A DNA stretch of 37,793 nt, taken from Thelocarpon superellum (Eukaryota). The translations under genes were made by a program, and so were the position numbers. A model generated the notes under the pieces. The model saw only the letters and a program-made list of their open reading frames with translations, made no database searches and had not been told where the DNA came from. The stretch is from contig JAPEUG010000143.1 of assembly GCA_026025795.1 (NCBI GenBank), positions 1 to 37,793 on the forward strand, read 5' to 3'. Positions 34,797-37,793 of this stretch are shown here, one piece after another (positions within the stretch are counted from its first letter, which is position 1; the number at the start of each line of letters is the position of its first letter).

Positions 34797-36416
34797 ATGA
34801 CGGACAAGCTCCCGCCCAATCTCCTGGCGCTCTTTGCACCACGCCCGGCGCTCCGCTACCTCCCTCCCATCGACCAAGCTCCCGAAGCCCGCACGACACC
34901 AACCATCACGCCCGTCGCGCAGTACTTGGACCAGCTCCATCAACCCGATGATTACGTCCCCACCGAGAGCTGGCTCCAGCGACGCGACCGACTCAAGCTC
35001 GAGAAGCAGCAGAAGCATGAGAAGCTGATGACGGAGGGTTTTACGGCCTGTACGAACCCCCTCTTTCCATCCCGCCACCGGGAGGAAGAAGGCTGACGTC
35101 GCTTGCCCCGACCGCAGTCAAACCTGATAAAGATCCTCAAGTGCGCGGTGACGCGTTGAAGACTCTCTTTGTCGCGCGCCTCAGTTACGATGCCAAAGAA
35201 TCGGACCTCGAGCGAGAATTCGGCCGCTTTGGGCCCATTGAGCGCGTGAGACATCACCACCTTACCTTGACGATCTCGTGAAAGGCGGGATGGTGACTGA
35301 TGATCGATCGCATAGATCCGCATCGTCGCCAACGCCCATGACACCGACGCCAGCGATAAGAAGAAAAAGAAGAAGCATCGCGGCTACGCCTTCATCGTGT
35401 ATGAACGCGAGAAGGATATGAAGGGTAATCCCCCCTCCCCTCCTGAGTTCCACCGAGTGAGACCCCGCGGCGCAGACATGCGTGTGGTGGAAGCCATGTT
35501 CGCCTGTGCACATCTCCGGCCACCACGCTCTCCCTTCGCATGAGGTTTGACTGACACGTGGGCCTACTCCCTTGCGCGACGTCTAGCTGCCTACAAAGAA
35601 ACGGATGGCATTCGCATCAAAGATCGACGCGTGATGGTCGACGTCGAGCGCGGACGTCTGACCCCAGGTTGGAAGCCACGCAGGTTCGGTGGTGGATTGG
35701 GCGGTCGTGGCTACACCAAAGCAGCACCCCCCCGACCGAGTGGTCCCGGCGGCTTTGGGCCGCCTGCTGGTCCCGGCGGCTTCCGTGGCGGCTTCCGAGG
35801 TGGCTTCGGCGGTCGCGGAGGCTTCCGCGGCGACGGCGGCTTTGGTCGGGGCGGCGGCGGCGGTGGCGGTGGCGGATATGGTGGAGGGCGAGGCGGAATC
35901 GGCTACCAAGGTGGTCGTGGCGACTATGGCCGCGGTGGATACGGCGGCCAGAGCAACGGACACGCCAACGGACAGCCTCCGCCTAATGCCCCGTCAGGCC
36001 CTGGCGGTGGCCGAGGTGGCGGCTTTGGCTCGGGTGGGTATGGCGACGGCGGTCCCAACGGCTCGCCCGGCGGCGGTGGTGGGTATGGAGACGCTCGCGG
36101 CGGCCGCTCATATGATGACAGGGGATACGCGCCCCGTGGCGGCCGCGGCTACGGCGACCGTGGCGATGGGCGATCGGGCGGGGGGAGTGGAAGCAATCGG
36201 GAGCCGGTAAGGCCGAGAGACGGAGGCTACCGCGACCGTGACCGTGATCGTGATCGCGACCGAGATCGTGACCAGGGTCGTGATCGCGACCGTGACCGGG
36301 ATCGAGATCGGGATGGGGAACACGGCAGCCGACACCGAGATGATGACTACTCCAGCAGGAAGAGAACGCACGACGGTGACAGCCATGACGATCCTCGTCA
36401 GCGCAGAAGGTATTAG
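34797..36416 (+). CDS. SNP1: U1 snRNP 70K protein; introns 35050-35117, 35246-35315, 35425-35586
   Basis: '[21 protein letters not shown]...[14 protein letters not shown]...[13 protein letters not shown]...[52 protein letters not shown]', followed by RGG and RD-repeat tails. Confidence 0.96.
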
Positions 36417-37085
36417 GCTGATGTCCTTACATTGGAACCCTCATCATCCGAGTCTCGTCACCCAGCAGCTTCGGCCATGGGTCCGGGCCCAAGGAGCCTC
36501 GAGGGTAAGCCCATCTGGATGGATGCCGTGACCTTTCGCCTCCTTTCGATTTCGCGTGCGTGGTGCACGCACTCGGACCATCGTCTGTCCGGCCTCACTC
36601 GGTCTCATCGATCATTGGACGCCCATCCGAGCTCTTTCGCACTCCAGGCCTCCTCCGCTGACAGTATGACGGGCCGTGGGATGCCATGGTAACTGTCAAT
36701 TAATGCTGACTGCTGGCGCGCGTCTTCTCCCTTTCTTTGGTAAGTAGATAGCAGAGCCTGCGATGAGGCAGGCATGGCCCTGAAAGGCCTGCCACGCCAG
36801 AGGTAGGACGACGTGCTCTCTTGTGAGGTCTCTATGGCGAGACATGTGCTAGCGTGATGCGCGACTGTTGGCTCCTTCGCCTTTTTCCTTATGATGTGTT
36901 ACCAGTATTTGACTTGTGGAACGTCATCTCGGGGTAAGCCGCCGTTCCCCCCTCCGCTATGTAGAATCCCATTTTTCCTCATCACGTCGTGGCTTTCAAG
37001 TCGTTGAATTGTACATTACAAGCATGGTGGTGGTTGTGTTCGTCTTCTGAGACGTATCCCGTGCCCCGTCCCGTCCCGTGCGGCA

Positions 37086-37793
37086 TCATTCCTCCATAGC
37101 ATCTATCCGTGTGACCTCGGTGGTTGCGGCACTCCAGTACCTATAGATGATCCGTCAGTCAGGACCGGTCTAGTTCAGGGTTCGAGGCTGAGCGGCCGGA
37201 GGACTTACGCCAGAAGCTGGACTCGAAACTCCGCCGTCTGCACCCCGAACATCTTGAGCAGTCTCGTCTGCTTGCTGTCCAGGACGTCTCCTTCGCGACA
37301 TACGACATGCTCGGCGCTCAATTGCACCTTGCCCTTGACCAAACTCGACGCTACCCCGAGTGCTCGAAGCGTCGGCTCAAGTGAGTGGGCCAGGGGCACA
37401 TCCTCCTCCGGGTCAATCTCCCCTGCGCGCGAATATACGGTGCCGGCGGGTATGGTAAATGTGCGGGTGCTGGTCGTCCCCGCCCGCGCGTAGTCGGCCG
37501 GGACGTAGGTGGCAAAGAAGTCGATGATGGATTGTGGTTCTTGAGATGTGAAGAGTAGTCCCACGTCGCCTACGAGATACTATAGGGTCTCTCAGTAATT
37601 GTGACCATATGCTAGCCATACCTGCCTTCTCCTGCTCACCTCTGACAGTTGGGACAAGTTCGGTAGGTGCTCGTCTTCCGCCCGCGACCCCAATGCCTTC
37701 GCCATGACCTTGGTTTTGCCAAAGAACAGCCTGTGGTGATGGTGGGCAAGTCAGATAGGATCCCACGTGATGCAATCGAGGGAAGATGCAATG
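37086..37793 (-). CDS. MRT4: mRNA turnover/ribosome assembly factor Mrt4 (3' part; 5' end lies outside the window)
   Basis: 'LFFGKTKVMAKALG...GDVGLLFTSQEPQ...DYARAG...LAHSLEPTLRALG...LVKGKV...VCREGDVLDSKQTRLLKMFG...LLA|YWSAATTEV...MEE*'. Confidence 0.92.

Noticed and set aside
36228..36315. Hexamer-like repeat array
   Set aside because: It encodes the normal Arg-Asp repeat tail of U1-70K and is not CRISPR or a mobile element.

Overview
Eukaryotic, GC-rich, very gene-dense fungal DNA. The gene content and short GT-AG introns with CTRAC/CTRAT branch points suggest a Pezizomycotina-type ascomycete. I reconstructed 18 spliced protein-coding genes in 37.8 kb, in order: eIF2B delta (GCD2), LAS1, NAD kinase, glyoxalase II, GDA1, a DUF4598/NOPCHAP1-like gene, an eIF4E-family gene, a centrin-like EF-hand gene, an orphan N-terminal-helical/WW gene, a PPPDE-thioredoxin-PUL gene, a short kinesin-3, VPS16, an Mtc2-like AAA-lid gene, a bestrophin/UPF0187 gene, MAS2, DMA1, U1-70K (SNP1) and the 3' part of MRT4. 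I found no tRNA, rRNA, transposon or CRISPR. Main observations: (1) U1-70K carries a candidate U1-sensing autoregulatory module, with a long structured stop-containing intron at the DMK/AAYK position and an unusually long 3' region holding a cluster of 5' splice-site-like motifs. (2) An in-frame TGA sits inside tandem WW-like domains, followed by 94 more open codons. (3) An upstream exon adds a mitochondrial-type presequence to glyoxalase II. (4) The eIF4E-family gene has a 257-nt highly structured intron. All splice models were read by eye and need transcript confirmation.
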